Assembly: GCA_051294375.1 (NCBI GenBank)
Contig: CM119265.1
Span: 2,703,292-2,767,291, forward strand
Source: Paraspadella gotoi
Lineage: Eukaryota > Animalia > Chaetognatha
Reading direction: 5' to 3'
DNA: 64,000 nt
Made by a program: the position numbers and the translations under genes. Positions 36,101-49,069 of the stretch are shown one piece after another. Positions within the stretch are counted from its first letter, which is position 1. Each line of letters begins with the position of its first letter. The notes under the pieces were generated by a model. That model was not told the DNA's origin and ran no database searches. It saw only the letters and a list, made by a program, of their open reading frames with translations.

Positions 36101-39100
36101 CCTCTCCTCTCTCTCTCCTCTCTTCGCTTCCCCTTTTCTCTTCTCTCCCGCCCAATTTTTTTTGTTAAATGCCCGGTGCCCCCCCCCCAACCCCCAACCC
36201 AAGGGTAGCCCAATTTTCCCCGAAATGCATTCCCCCCCACAATTTTGTCCCCCGTTCACTTAACCCAAATAAATTAAATCCCGTTCCCGTCCCAAATTCC
36301 GTTCCCCAATTAATCATCCGTTCCCCCCCAATCGGTAAAATCATGAAAAAACGCGGAAAAATCCGGATCAAAATGTGTTTTTTTTTTGTTCCTTGGTTTG
36401 GGTTTTTGTTTCTTTTCGATTCAAAAAATGGGCGAGCCGTCCAAAGTGGTCGCCGAGGTCCGTGTTGTTTCCCCCGTTTAATCCGGGCGGTCCCGTTCCC
36501 CGTCGGTTTCCCCGGTCCGTCCCGTTCCCCGTTCCCGTCCCCCCCGTTCCCGGTTCCCCCCGTCCGTCCCCGGGGAAAAAAAATTGTTTTTCCGCAGGCC
36601 ACGGGAAATTGCCCCAAAACCCCGAGAAGAAATTTTCCCGCCGGAAAGTAAGGCTTTTTTTTTTTTCTATCCCTTTTTTTTTTCCCCTGGTTTTTTCGTT
36701 TATTTAAAATCCAAATGTAAAAGTTCCCCCGGGGTTTGGAGAAAAGAGAAATAGGAAAAAATATTAAATTGATAAATTGAAAAAAATTTGGTAAATCAGA
36801 AAAAAATCTAAAAGGGAAAAATTAACTTTGGGGGTTTTTTGAAAAATTCTTTGACAAACATAAAGTTCCCTTGGGGCGCCTTTTGCCAAAAAAAAAAAAG
36901 AAAAATTCCCCCGCAAAAAAGGTGTTTTTTTTTAAATTGGTGATTTTATATTTTCCCCGGAAAAAACTTTTGGGCGCAAAAAATGCAAATGAAAAGAAAA
37001 ATTTAAGCCCTTTTTTTTTTTCTTTGGGCGGCGGGAATTGCCAAAACCCATAAAAAAATAAAGTTTTTTAAACAATTAAATTATTATATTATAATATTTT
37101 ATATTATGTTAGTATGTTTGGTTTTTTTTCGTTAAGGCAAGTTCCCCGCTTTTTGCAAGTTTTTCCGCTTTCAACCCTCTTTCCTTTGTTTGGTTTAGTA
37201 AAATGAAAATTTTTTACAAAAAACAAAAGTTAATAAAAAGCCCTTTTTTCGCCCAAAAGAAATTTTCCCTCCAAAAATTTCTGAAAAAGACCGGTTAATT
37301 AAAAAGGGGGTTTGGGGGAAAAAGGGTTTAAGATTCTTTTAAAATTTTTTCTTTTAATAGAAAAAACCGCGGAAAACAAACCGTTGGTTTTCCCCAAAGC
37401 CTTCAAACCAAAGCGGGTTTTGTTTTGAAACCATTTGAAAACGGGTAATTTATAAAATTTCCCCAATTTCTACTTTTAAATCGTTTTTTTTTTTTTTTTT
37501 TAAAATGGAAAAAATCAAATCCTCGGCCCCCCTGACCCCAACAACCCCAAATCCAAAAACCCAAAAATTCGTTTTAATCCCTTTTCATCCCTCAAATCTA
37601 AAGGCATTCCCTACCCATGTTTTCCCTTTTCGAAATGTTTTCCTTGGTTTCCCCCCAATCCCTCGGAAAAAACTAATAAGTCCCCTTTCCCCGTTTTTCC
37701 GTTTTTCGGAATAATGAAAAAAAGGGCTTTTTTTTTGTTTTTTTTTTTTTTCCCCTAAAAGAACGCCCAAAATCCGCGGTTTCCCCTCCCGTCAAAGGGA
37801 ACACGCAAAATTTTAACAAACCATCCCCGCTTTGTTTTTTTTTATTCCGCTCCGAGGGGGTTCCCCCCGCGAAAAAAGATTTTTTCTTTTTGGCATCCCC
37901 GGGATTCCCAAAACAAAAAAAATAAGAAAAATAAAACAAGAATGAAAAGGTAAAGAATGGGAGTAAAAACGAGAGAAAAAAAGGAGGAAAAAAACATTGG
38001 GAGGAAAAAAAAGAAAAGAAAAAACACCCAGTTGGGAAACTTTTGAAAAATTTTCCTTAAAAACGAGGATAGAAAAGAAGAGAGAAGAGAGAAGAGGGAA
38101 GAGAAAGAGAAGAAAAAAAGGACAGGAAAAGAAAGAGAGGAAGAAGGAAGAAGAGAAAGGAAAAAAGAGGAGGGGGGAAAAAGAAGAGAGAAAGAACGAA
38201 GGAGAAGAGAAATTGAAAAAACAAAAAAAACATCACTTTTGAAAAAAACATAAGGGGGGAACGGGTTTCCCCCTTTTTTTTTTTTTTTTTTTTTTTTGTG
38301 GGCCCCCGGCAACGGCCGAAAATTTAAACCAGTTTTCCCCGTTTTTGATTCTTGTTTTTTCCCTCCAGTTTTTTTTTCTTTTCAATATCCATTTTTTCCG
38401 GAATGTTTTTGCCTTTTTTGATTTTCCCTTTTTCCTCCCTAGTTTTTTCCCCCCCGTGGGGTTTCCCTGGTTTTTAATCGCCCCCTTCAAATTTCCTTTA
38501 AATTCCCCTTTTGTCCGGTTTAAACCTTCAAATTTAATTTCCCTTTTTTTTCTCCTCCCTCTCTTTTTCCCTCTTCCCCTTGTTCTCTCTTTCCCTTCTC
38601 CTCTTTCCTCCTTCTTCCTTTCCCTCTCTTTCTCCCCTTCTCCCAAAACAAAACCAGGAAGGACCAAAGAAACCCCGAAAACGAAGTTTTTTAAAAACTT
38701 GAATTTGGAAAATAATTCTCCCCACGGTTTCCCCCCTCTGTCCGGCGAAAAAAAATCCCGTTTCGACCTAAAAAAAATACAATCGGGCCCCATTTTTCCC
38801 GTTTTGCACGCCCCCAATTTTTTTTCAAAGCAGAATAAAAGCGGTGAGTTTCCACTCCGGACCGACCAAAAAATATTTTTAAAAATGAGAATTCCCAATT
38901 CCCAAATTGTTTAATATGAATTCTATCAAATACAAACCCAATTTTACCCAAATACGCGCCCAAAAACCCTTTCCCCTGTCCCTTTTGTTTTTAAAGCGGA
39001 CCTTCCCGAAAAAGCGCCGTTGGCCCCCCCTTTTTTAAAAGGCCGAATTCCTCCCCCAACGGCCTTTTTTCTCCACCGAAACGCCAAATCTCCCGACGGC

Positions 39101-42100
39101 TTTTGAAAAAACGCCGGCCCGTCCCCCGCCGCCCGCAATCAAAAAAAGCCCCCGGCCCCTTTAACCTCCACCCGGCCGCCTCAAAAGCCTAAACGACTTT
39201 TTCAACCCCCTTAAATTTTTCCGCCCCGACCTCAACCGTCAACCTGTCCCCCGCCCGGCCCCGGTGGGAAAGGGCGGGGTTTTTTTTCTTGGTCCCCGGA
39301 ATTCGGAAAAAATTTCGGACCTCTCGTGAAGAAAAAATTAACCGAAACCCTTTTTTGGGAAGTGAGGTTTTTTCATGCGACCCATTTGTTTGGGATCAAA
39401 ATTTAAAAAGAAGAAGAAAAAATTCAAAAAATTGGGGGGGGGAACTACTTTTTTAACCCCGGGCCGCTTAATTTCCCGGTCCCCCCTTTGCATTTTTTTA
39501 CCCAAAAAAAGTTTTTTTACCTAAAAATTAAAAAGTGGCCCCTTTTAAAAGAAAAAAAAGGTAAAAGGCCGCTGTGGGTAAAAAATCTTTTTTAATCCCC
39601 CCCACAAACCCCCTCTTTTTTTATATTTTCCCCAAAATGATTAGTAAACTTCCCTTGAAACATAACTTAACAAAAGTTAAATATTAAATTTTTAATTTCG
39701 GTTTTTTTTTATGTTTATTGTTTAAAATTTTTTTGGTTTTTTTGCCTGCCAAAAAAATTTTTTTTTAACGTTCCCAAACGTAAAACCCGTCCGGGAAGTT
39801 CCCCCTCCTGGAAAGGGAAGTCTTTCCAATTAAAACGTTTTTTCGAGGTAAAAGTTTTTGGGGGTTGGAAAACAAAGGGCCCCCCCCGTTTTAAAAAATT
39901 GGGTTGATCCCGGGTTTTGGGGCCCCCGAACGGAAAAAGGCCCCCCATCGAAATGTTTTTCCAAAACTGAAGGAATAATCCAAAATATTTAAAAACCGCG
40001 GGGGGGGGGGGTTTAACCAAAAGGGCAAATAAAAAAGCCGCTACCAAACGTTACCCATTAAAAATTTTGTTTTTTTTTTTCCAATCCCCAAAGAAAAAAA
40101 AAATTTCCCCGTCCCCCTTCCCAAATCCAAAAATTTTCCGTTTTTTGAACGGGACGAAATTAATTCGGCGAAAAAAAGACCGGACCCGGAACCAACCGAC
40201 AGACAACCCCGCGAAAGGAACCCGAAAACGGGACCCAAAAAAGCCCGACCGAACGCCCCCGATATTCCAAAACGAAGACATCTTTTCGGACAACTTTGCC
40301 CGAAATTTCCGAAAGAATGTCGCCCCCTGTTCCCTAAACCGGGCGCCCCAAAAAACGGAAAAAGTGGAGACAAAAGAAAAGCCAAAACAAAGGACCAGAA
40401 TCCCGACAATTTTCGGGAAAAACCTCAAAAAAACCCAAAAATCGAGGGAAAAAGAACGAAAAGAAAACTTAAAATTCGGCCGAAACCGAAGAAACGAAAA
40501 ACCAAGAAAAAAAAAAAAAGAAAAAAAAGGCCCCGAAAACCGGCAAACCCAAAGACGCCTGCCCCGCCGGCCGGCCCCGCCCGCAAAAGACCCGGCCCCG
40601 CCCCGCAAGAAAAACCACCACGGCCCCCCCGGGGCCCCCGGGAAAAATCCAACGCCCTCCTTTTCTCCCCCCCAACTTTTCCCCCCGTTCGTTTCCCCCC
40701 GCAATCATTCGAGGGGTTCCCGCGTTCCGGTTTTTGTTCCCCCTCCCCCCCGGGCCCCCCCCAAGAAAAAAAGAAGATTTCGTCCCCGGCGGGGAAAATT
40801 TTCCCCCCCCGAAAGGGGAAATTCTCCCAAGTCTTTCGTCCCCCCCCAAAACCCGGGTCCCCCGGTCCCGTCCCCCGTCCGCCCCCTTCGAACCCAGCGG
40901 AATTTCACCACAAAAAGCGAAAAAAAGAGAACGACCTTCGTGACCGAAAGGGCGGAAAAGAAAGTTCCCTCCGAAGGAAACGTTTTCCCGCCCCTCCCAA
41001 AAGGCCCGGGTTCCCCTTCCCAAGCCAGACCCGCTTCCCAAGGCCGTTCCCCCCCCGCTTTCAAGTCGAAACAAATTTTTTTCCGGCGGTCTGGGTCCGG
41101 TTTTTCGAACCCCCGTAGTTTTTTTTTCCTGTTCGAAATTTCCCCCTTTTTTTCCGGAAACCGAAAACTTCCCCCAGAAAAATTCGGAAAAAATCCCCCC
41201 CCCCAGTTTTTCCGGGATTTCGGGTCCCGCTTTTCCTTCCCAACTCCGGCTCCCGCCCTACCCTTCCGTTTCCTTTTCCTACCTTCCCCGCCTTCCTTCC
41301 CCCCATCCCGAATCCCCTCCCAATTAGGTTTTTTTCCGCCCATTCGGTTCTCCACGGCCCTTCGTTCTCCCACTTCCGTTCCCACCCCCCGTTCCCTTAC
41401 CCCCCGACCACCGGTTCCCGCCCCACTCGCCCCTCCCCCCAAAAAACTCCGGATTCCCCCAGACCCGGCACACCCTCCACCCTTCGGGGTCCCTCTTCCC
41501 TTCTCACTCCCTCCCCCCGACCGTCCCAAGTTTTTTCCCCCGCGAGTAAGCGCCCTTGAACTTTCGGCCGGCCCCCCCACCCAACTTTCCAACGGGAAAC
41601 AAAATTCAGAAAAAAGATTTTCCAAGGGTTTTTATTTTTCCAAATTTCTTTTTTCTTTTTTTTTTCCACGGTGAGCCGTTTAAATGTTTTTTTTTTTTCT
41701 GTTTTTTTGGTTCCTTACAAAAGAAAGGGCAGACCAAAGTGGGGGCAACAAGGGGGGGTTAAAAAAAACTGAAAAACATAAACCCGTTTTTGGCCCTTTA
41801 AAACTTAAGCCTTTGTTTTTTTCCCGAAATCATAAATAATTTTTTTTTTTCGTAATAAATCAATTGGAGGTAAAATTTAAAAAAAAATTTTTGATAAAAC
41901 AGTTGAAAGCCCTTTTAAATTTTTCTTTTTTAAAAAAAATCGGTAAAAGAAAGAAAAAATTTTTTTTTCAAAAGTTTAAAATTTTTTTGTTTTCCCAAAA
42001 ATAAGGGTAAAGATCCTTAATTTTTTAAAGATCAAGCTTTTTTTGTCAAAACAGAAAATTAAATAATAAAAAAAACCCCTTAGGAAAAATGAAATCAAAA

Positions 42101-43000
42101 AATTTTTTAGGTAAATCGAACCGTTTATTTAAAAAAAACTTTTTCCCCTTTTCAATGACTTGTTTAATTAAAAGATGAAAAATAAAACCTCTTTATGGGA
42201 AATAAATATAAAATATAAAAAGAAGAGAAAGAATCCCCCCTGTACTTTTTTGGCTAATTTTTTAATTGTTATAATTTAAGGAAATCCAAATAATATTTTC
42301 ATTATACATTAAGGGGAAAAATTGAAATAAAATTTTGAAATAAATTAATTTTTAAATATATTACAATTTTTTTTTGGTTTTTTTCCTGTAAGAAATAGAA
42401 ATTTTGAGGTTTGATTTGTTCCCTGCCCTTTTTTTAAAGTAAAATAATAAAAAAATAAAAAAATTATAAATCTTGGTTAAAGCCCTTTTTGGGGGTCCAA
42501 TGAAGGCTAAAAAACCTATCAATTATACTTTTTGGTTAACAGTAAAAAAAAAATAAAAAAAATTTTGGAATTTCTAAAGTAAAAAATACTTTTCCTAATG
42601 CAAAAATAAAATTAAAATGGAAATTTTAAATAAAATTTTAAGGTAAAAGGGTCCAACTTTAAAATTTTTTTTTTCCAATAATTTAAATTCAAATTTTTTT
42701 TTTTGTTTCCACCTAACAAAAATAAGAAGGAATAGAATTTTTTGCCCCCACTCCCCGTTTTGCCAAAGAAAAAATTAAATGACTTATCAAAAACCATTTT
42801 ACAAATTCCCCCCTTTTGAGAAGAACCCCACTCTAAAGCTTAAAAAATGATATCAAATTTTTTATCCAACTGGGTTTCCCCCCTTTAAAAGGTTTTTTAA
42901 ATGCCTAAAAGGTTTAAACTATAAACTTAAAGAAAAAATTTTTTTTTTTCTCGGAAAGGATAGAAAAAATATTTTTTTTTGTAAATTTCGAACAATATAG
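30150..43000. other. Low-accuracy (unpolished long-read) gap-fill sequence
   Basis: Abrupt excess of homopolymer runs in all four bases. Clean (AG)n/(TC)n arrays are replaced by ragged purine/pyrimidine tracts, and all ORFs are F/K/P/G-rich. Confidence 0.8.
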
Positions 43001-43478
43001 CACTCAGGCGGGCCCGTTGGGTTACGTGTCCGAGTGCGAGGTGGACCGGACTGCGCGATTCTCGACTCCTGCCATTCTCCACCAAAAACCTAACCTAACC
43101 TACCATGTTTACCCTGCATCTCATCACAAATTCACATCCATATCATCTTACATCAAATTAACTTACGTTAACTCACCTCAATTCAAACTCTCTTCTTTTC
43201 GTTACCAAAAATTTTAAAATCGAATTACTATATGTAAGTTACATGTAAGTAAATAATAATATATAATAATATATATAATATATAAATAGTAAGTATAATA
43301 TGAACAGTATAATTGTTACCGGATAAATGGTACATTCCCTCAAACTAAAACCTATGTCTTTTTCTCTTCCTCTTTCCCTCAAACAACAGGGCGACCCCGG
43401 ACCATATCGCTTGCCCTCCACCGCGGCGAGACGCAGCAACTCCGTCCATCCNNNNNNNNNNNNNNNNNNNNNNNNNGC

Positions 43479-43921
43479 CCGCGAAAAGTCTTCGTCGGTT
43501 CCGTTTCCGCCGACATATCCGAAGGCGCCTTCCGGGATCTCATTGAAAAAGAAGGCGGGCGCGTAGAGAGGCTTCGCTTCGAATCCCAACGCGGCTTCGC
43601 TGTCGCAGACTTCGCCTTCGCCGACGACGCCCAGCGGCTCGTCGACACGCGCCATTTCCTCCTCGGCGGTCGATCGCTGAAGGCCACATTCTCCAGCCCG
43701 ATCAATCGCCAGGCCAAGCGGCTCGTCGACGCTCGCCTCCTCATAACAGGCATCCCAAACTTTTACGATCTATATCAAGTCTACAATCTCTTCGGATTCT
43801 TCGGCGAAATCATCGATGCCCGTCTGCTACGCGATCCGCTACGCGATTGTTGCGAAGCGTGCCACGCTGGCGCGGCGTTAGTACACTTCGCCGACGACGA
43901 CCTCGCTCTCAAACTGCACCG
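43479..43921 (+). CDS. Exon encoding two further RRM domains (bounded by gaps)
   Basis: The stop-free frame PRKVFVGSVSADISEGAFRDLIEKEGGRVERLRFESQRGFAVADFAFADDAQRLVDTRHFLLGGRSLKATFSSP..ARLLITGIPNFYDLYQVYNLFGFFGEIIDARLLRDPLRDCCEACHAGAALVHFADDDLALKL is absent from the ORF track. A candidate acceptor lies at 43390. Confidence 0.85.
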
Positions 43922-45220
43922 NNNNNNNNNNNNNNNNNNNNNNNNNNNNNNNNNNNNNNNNNNNNNNNNNNNNNNNNNNNNNNNNNNNNNNNNNNNNNNN
44001 NNNNNNNNNNNNNNNNNNNNNNNNNNNNNNNNNNNNNNNNNNNNNNNNNNNNNNNNNNNNNNNNNNNNNNNNNNNNNNNNNNNNNGAAAGAGAGAAGAAG
44101 AGAGAGAGGGAGGAAAAGAAAGCGAAGGAAGAAGAAGCGAGGAGATCGAGGATGTCCTGGTGTCGTAAGACGTCTCAATCATCGAGCGGCTCGTCCACTG
44201 ANNNNNNNNNNNNNNNNNNNNNNNNNNNNNNNNNNNNNNNNNNNNNNNNNNNNNNNNNNNNNNNNNNNNNNNNNNNNNNNNNNNNNNNNNNNNNNNNNNN
44301 NNNNNNNNNNNNNNNNNNNNNNNNNNNNNNNNNNNNNNNNNNNNNNNNNNNNNNNNNNNNNNNNNNNNNNNNNNNNNNNNNNNNNNNNNNNNNNNNNNNN
44401 NNNNNNNNNNNNNNNNNNNNNNNNNNNNNNNNNNNNNNNNNNNNNNNNNNNNNNNNNNNNNNNNNNNNNNNNNNNNNNNNNNNNNNNNNNNNNNNNNNNN
44501 NNNNNNNNNNNNNNNNNNNNNNNNNNNNNNNNNNNNNNNNNNNNNNNNNNNNNNNNNNNNNNNNNNNNNNNNNNNNNNNNNNNNNNNNNNNNNNNNNNNN
44601 NNNNNNNNNNNNNNNNNNNNNNNNNNNNNNNNNNNNNNNNNNNNNNNNNNNNNNNNNNNNNNNNNNNNNNNNNGTTTTTCTTGAAAAAGATTTTTTTTCT
44701 CAAGTTTTAATTAGTTTTCGTTCCAGAAAAATTTGGATTTCTACATAGAATCTATGTATTTTTATAAAAGTTGTCTCTAGCTNNNNNNNNNNNNNNNNNN
44801 NNNNNNNNNNNNNNNNNNNNNNNNNNNNNNNNNNNNNNNNNNNNNNNNNNNNNNNNNNNNNNNNNNNNNNNNNNNNNNNNNNNNNNNNNNNNNNNNNNNN
44901 NNNNNNNNNNNNNNNNNNNNNNNNNNNNNNNNNNNNNNNNNNNNNNNNNNNNNNNNNNNNNNNNNNNNNNNNNNNNNNNNNNNNNNNNNNNNNNNNNNNN
45001 NNNNNNNNNNNNNNNNNNNNNNNNNNNNNNNNNNNNNNNNNTTTCTGAGGTTAGAGAATCAAATAATTATTTCTTTCATCTCGCCTGATTCTTTTTATCC
45101 ATTATAAAATTTAAAAAATGAAATTAATTTGATAATAACCGGAAAAAAAAAATCGAAGAGATGCAAAAAAAAAAAAGTAAACAAAAAAATAGTTTCAGTG
45201 GGATCGTAATTTTGATCTTC

Positions 45221-45644
45221 TCAGTCCAAGTGGCAAGGCTTTCCAGTGCAGCATCTTTCGCAAAGATGTTTTGGATGCGGTTCGTGATCGTCGTCGCTGT
45301 CGTCATCGTACGGATCTTTGTACGAATCTTTGTACGAATCCCATCCTGAATATTCGTCCGAATCTACGAGCGATTCCTGTAATTGAGTTTTGCATATATT
45401 TATTGAATTAAACCTTTGAGTTAAATTAGCAATATAACTAACTGATAGACTAATCTCTGTCTATCTATCGTTCTCTCTCGATCCGTCTCACTCTTTCACA
45501 TTCTCACCGTCTCTTCTGGATAGACGTATTTCTTGTTGTCACATTCCTTGCATTTTTGGCCGCTGTTGATGTAGGCGTTGCGACTCGTCCATTGGTTCCC
45601 GCAATCATTGCAAGTGAACCGTCCGAACCTTTTTATGTTTTCTT
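45221..45644 (-). CDS. 3CxxC zinc-finger protein paralog 3, last two exons
   Basis: Exon 45644-45508 (ENIKRFGRFTCNDCGNQWTSRNAYINSGQKCKECDNKKYVYPEET|gtgag) and exon 45376-45221 (ESLVDSDEYSGWDSYKDSYKDPYDDDSDDDHEPHPKHLCERCCTGKPCHLD*). The intron position is conserved. A candidate upstream exon ends at 45919. Confidence 0.88.
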
Positions 45645-46040
45645 CTGAAAAAAAAAGAATTGAAATTTGACAATTTTTTTCAAAAACACCCCATTTTAGC
45701 TTAAATTGAGTAAGTTTTTTAAGTTTAAAAATTAGATTAAGGTTAACGATAATATTTAGGTTAAAGATTTTGTTAGGGTTAATTATTAAGTATTAAGGTC
45801 AAAGATTAGGGATTGGGGATTAAATATTATTATTATTAAATGTTATTAAATATTTAAATTAAAATTAAGTTTAAAATTAATTTTCAAGAAATAGTGCCGA
45901 ATCCTAAGGGCAACAAACCTGAGTCTGATTCTGGGGACGAATTTCGCGGTTTTTTCGCTGAACTTGATCCCCAGGAAATCGTGTTTAAATGGAATAGAAG
46001 ATGGGGAAATATATANNNNNNNNNNNNNNNNNNNNNNNNN

Positions 46041-46071
<31 letters not shown>

Positions 46072-46904
46072 CATATATATATATATATATCTATATATAT
46101 ATATTTTCCCCATCTTCATTCCATTTAAACAAGATTTCTGGGGATCAAGTTCAGCGAAAAACCGCGAAATTCCTCCCCAGAATCAGACTCAGTTTTGTTG
46201 CCCTTTAGATTCGGCACTACTTCTTGAAAATTAATTTTAACTTAATTTTAATTTAAATATTTAATAACATTTAATAATAATAATATTTAATCCCCAATCC
46301 CTAATCTTTGAACCTAATACTTAATAATTAACCAAACAAAATCTTTACCTTAATATTATCGTTAACCTTAATCTAATTTTTAAACTTAAAAAACTACTCA
46401 ATTTAAGCTAAAATGGGGTGTTTTGAAAAAATTGTCAAATTTCATTCTTTTTTTTTTCAGAAAGAAAACATAAAAAGGTTCGGACGGTTCACTTGCAATG
46501 ATTGCGGGAACCAATGGAGAGTCGCAAACGCCTACACAACAGCGCCAAAAAAATGCAAAGGGAATGTGACAACAAGAAATACGTCTAATCCAGAAGAGAC
46601 CGGGAGAAGGGAAAGAGTGAGACGGATCGAGAGAGAACGAAGATAGACAGAGATTAGTCTAATCAGTTAATTATTGCTAATTTAACTCAAAGTTAATTCA
46701 ATAAATATATGCAAAACTCAATTACAGGAATCGCTCGTAGATTCGGACGAATATCAGGATGGGATTTCGTACAAAGATTCGTACAAAGATCCGTACGATG
46801 ACGACAGCGGACGACGATCACGAACCGCATCCAAACATCTTTGCGAAAGATGCTGCACTGGAAAGCCTTGCACTTGGACTGAGAAGATCAAAATTACGAT
46901 CCAC

Positions 46905-46906
<2 letters not shown>
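46041..46906 (+). other. Inverted, indel-rich duplicate of 45195-46015 (probable mis-oriented gap extension)
   Basis: Reverse complement of the sequence left of the 25-N gap, differing mostly by single-base indels. Flipping it joins its (TC)n end to the (GA)n tract at 46907. Confidence 0.8.
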
Positions 46907-46941
<35 letters not shown>

Positions 46942-47103
46942 TAAATAAAAAGCAATAATTCGGTAAACAATTAAAACATTATTCGCTATTAAATCATCCA
47001 AAAAAGAAAAAAATATTAACCAAAGATAAAATATTTGTTATTGTTGTTCCTTACCCTTTTAGCAAGAGATGCCTTACCTCTTCAGCGACCTCTTCAGCCT
47101 TAC

Positions 47104-47238
47104 CTCTTCAGCGACGCTGATATTTTCAGCGCCGCAACGAAAACACTTGCAAAGGGATTTCCTGCTCAACCATCTCTTCCCACATTTGCATTCAAATTGG
47201 TAATCCTCTTTGTTAGGGCATCTTCGTTTGAAGGGCAT
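47104..47238 (-). CDS. Exon encoding a degenerate 3CxxC half-domain; probable first exon of paralog 3 or of a fourth paralog
   Basis: MPFKRRCPNKEDYQFECKCGKRWLSRKSLCKCFRCGAENISVAEE|gtaagg has the F-x-C..C-x3-W-x-S..CxxC pattern and a phase-0 donor at the family-conserved position. Confidence 0.65.
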
Positions 47239-47469
47239 TTTGTCGCCAGGATTTTAAAATTTAATTTATATTTTAAACTTTGTTAATCTTTGAATTAGTT
47301 GAAAACTTAATTCAACAGTTAGAATTATTATGGTTTTTTTAATGAACCAAAAATTGAAAAAAAAAATCAATTGATTGAGACAAAACACAAATATCAAAGT
47401 AGTGGTTGAGACAAAAATTTTATTTGCCAGCTTTTATATTTTGTTTCATTTCTGAGAATTGAGGGGGTC

Positions 47470-47521
<52 letters not shown>

Positions 47522-48079
47522 GCATAATAAATAGCCATAAATTAATTATATTTAAACTGATTTTGAACAAAGCCTCGGATTGGCTTCGAACCGAGCCTCG
47601 TCATTGGACAACCAAAAGAGTCGAAAATTTTAATTTAATAAATTTAATGTTTAGTTCTTGGTTTTCGTCCTGTTTAAAGAAAAGAAAAAAGAAAACTTTA
47701 ATTTAGCACGTTTTATAATAGTAGTAATGATAATGTTATGATTGTAGTGTTTCCTTTCTTTCCTTGTGTTTGAACCGAAAAATTTCAGAATTTTTCAAAT
47801 TAATCGTTTTTGAATGTAAATAAAAACTCTTTATTTTAGCAAACGATATTGTTATGAAGTAATGAATTTAAAAATACACGAAAAAAAAGATTTCATTGAA
47901 TATAAAGTAACTATTTCCTGATTTCAATGCATCGGGAGGGTAAGGTCATTTGAGGGAAAGAAAAAAGTAAGTTCGAGGATGGAAGAATAAAAAGGTGAGG
48001 CGAAGGAGTGAGGTGAGGTGAGGTGAAAGAGTGAGAAACTCCGGAGTGAAGTGAGAGAGTGAAGTGAGAGAGTGAAAGA

Positions 48080-49069
48080 AACTCCGCGAGCGAAGAAGTA
48101 CAGAAAGTAGGTTCTGAAAAAGCAATGAAAGGGGAAATTCAAGTGTTCAAAAAAAGGGAGAAGAACTGAAAGCTTAAAATATTCCGGATGAATTTCGAGC
48201 GATGCGTGAAGAAGACTGCAAGAGGACGATGAAGAGCAGCACCGAAAAATAAGGGAAGGAGGGAGGGAGGAAAAAGACAGACGTTGGAAGAGGAGGGGAG
48301 GCAGCAGGCAACGAGATCGGGCTGGTCGGCCTCTTGATTCCCATATCTTCCGCCGTCATCAATTCAATCGTCTGCGATGATCCGGGTCAACACTGATTCG
48401 TGATTCGAGGATGAGACGGAGGGATTCGTTAGCCACCCACGAGACGCCCCAGTTGAAGCTGGGGAGCTGGTTTTTCGAGTTCGCGGACCGGTCAAAGTTG
48501 GCATTGAGTTGAGGAAGAAGGCGGAGCTGGGTTAGGGATCTCAAAACGTTGCCAGGCACCACCGACCATATCGCCGCCGTCCCCGCCCCCTCATAGTCCT
48601 TGGCCTCTAAGTCGGAGCTCGGAGCCAGGAGACTTAGCGACCAAGTAGGCGAGACAGTGGCTGTGGCCAAAGGCGCGGAACCATTGACGCAGTTGAGACC
48701 CTCTTGTCGGAATCATGGGGTCGGCGACCTAGCTTCATCTAGCAGAACGATAGTTTCTAGAATGACCGCGAACGGAGTGCCGCAGCCCAGTGATCGGCGA
48801 CGCCTCCAGCTCGCCGCCGATGACTGGTGATGACGGCGGCGATAGAGTGAAGTGACGTCGATTAACTGCGGTCGGATTGTTAATCGCCGCCCAGTGGAAG
48901 AAGGTAGCCAGCCCTCGGAGTGCGAACCTGGTTCACGTCAGCCACTTTGGACTCGATTGTTGGCGACAGCGATCGATGAAACCGAACTGCGTCGCCGCCA
49001 ACTAATGTCCATTTCCTCCGGGCTGGAGGGGGGGGCTGAGTGGAGCAAGTTTTCGGAGATTTTCTTCAT
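48080..49069 (-). pseudogene. ZDHHC17/ZDHHC13 (HIP14)-like ankyrin-repeat region with many frameshifts (sequencing error or pseudogene)
   Basis: Reading across frameshifts gives LL-HWAAINN (48896-48876), IGGELEASP-HWAA, GH-LETIVLL..ADPMI..EGLNC, FGHSHCLAYLVAK and DLEAKDYEG, in HIP14 ankyrin order, followed by hydrophobic segments. No DHHC motif was seen. Confidence 0.7.

Noticed and set aside
40067-41674. 535-aa ORF and overlapping long ORFs
   Set aside because: They lie in the homopolymer-inflated block, where stops are depleted on both strands; the translation is P/K/F/G low-complexity with no domain.
46041-46906. A fourth, plus-strand 3CxxC gene or a biological palindrome
   Set aside because: It is centred on a 25-N gap, differs from the minus copy mostly by indels, and joins the flanking (GA)n when flipped, so it is most likely an assembly artefact.
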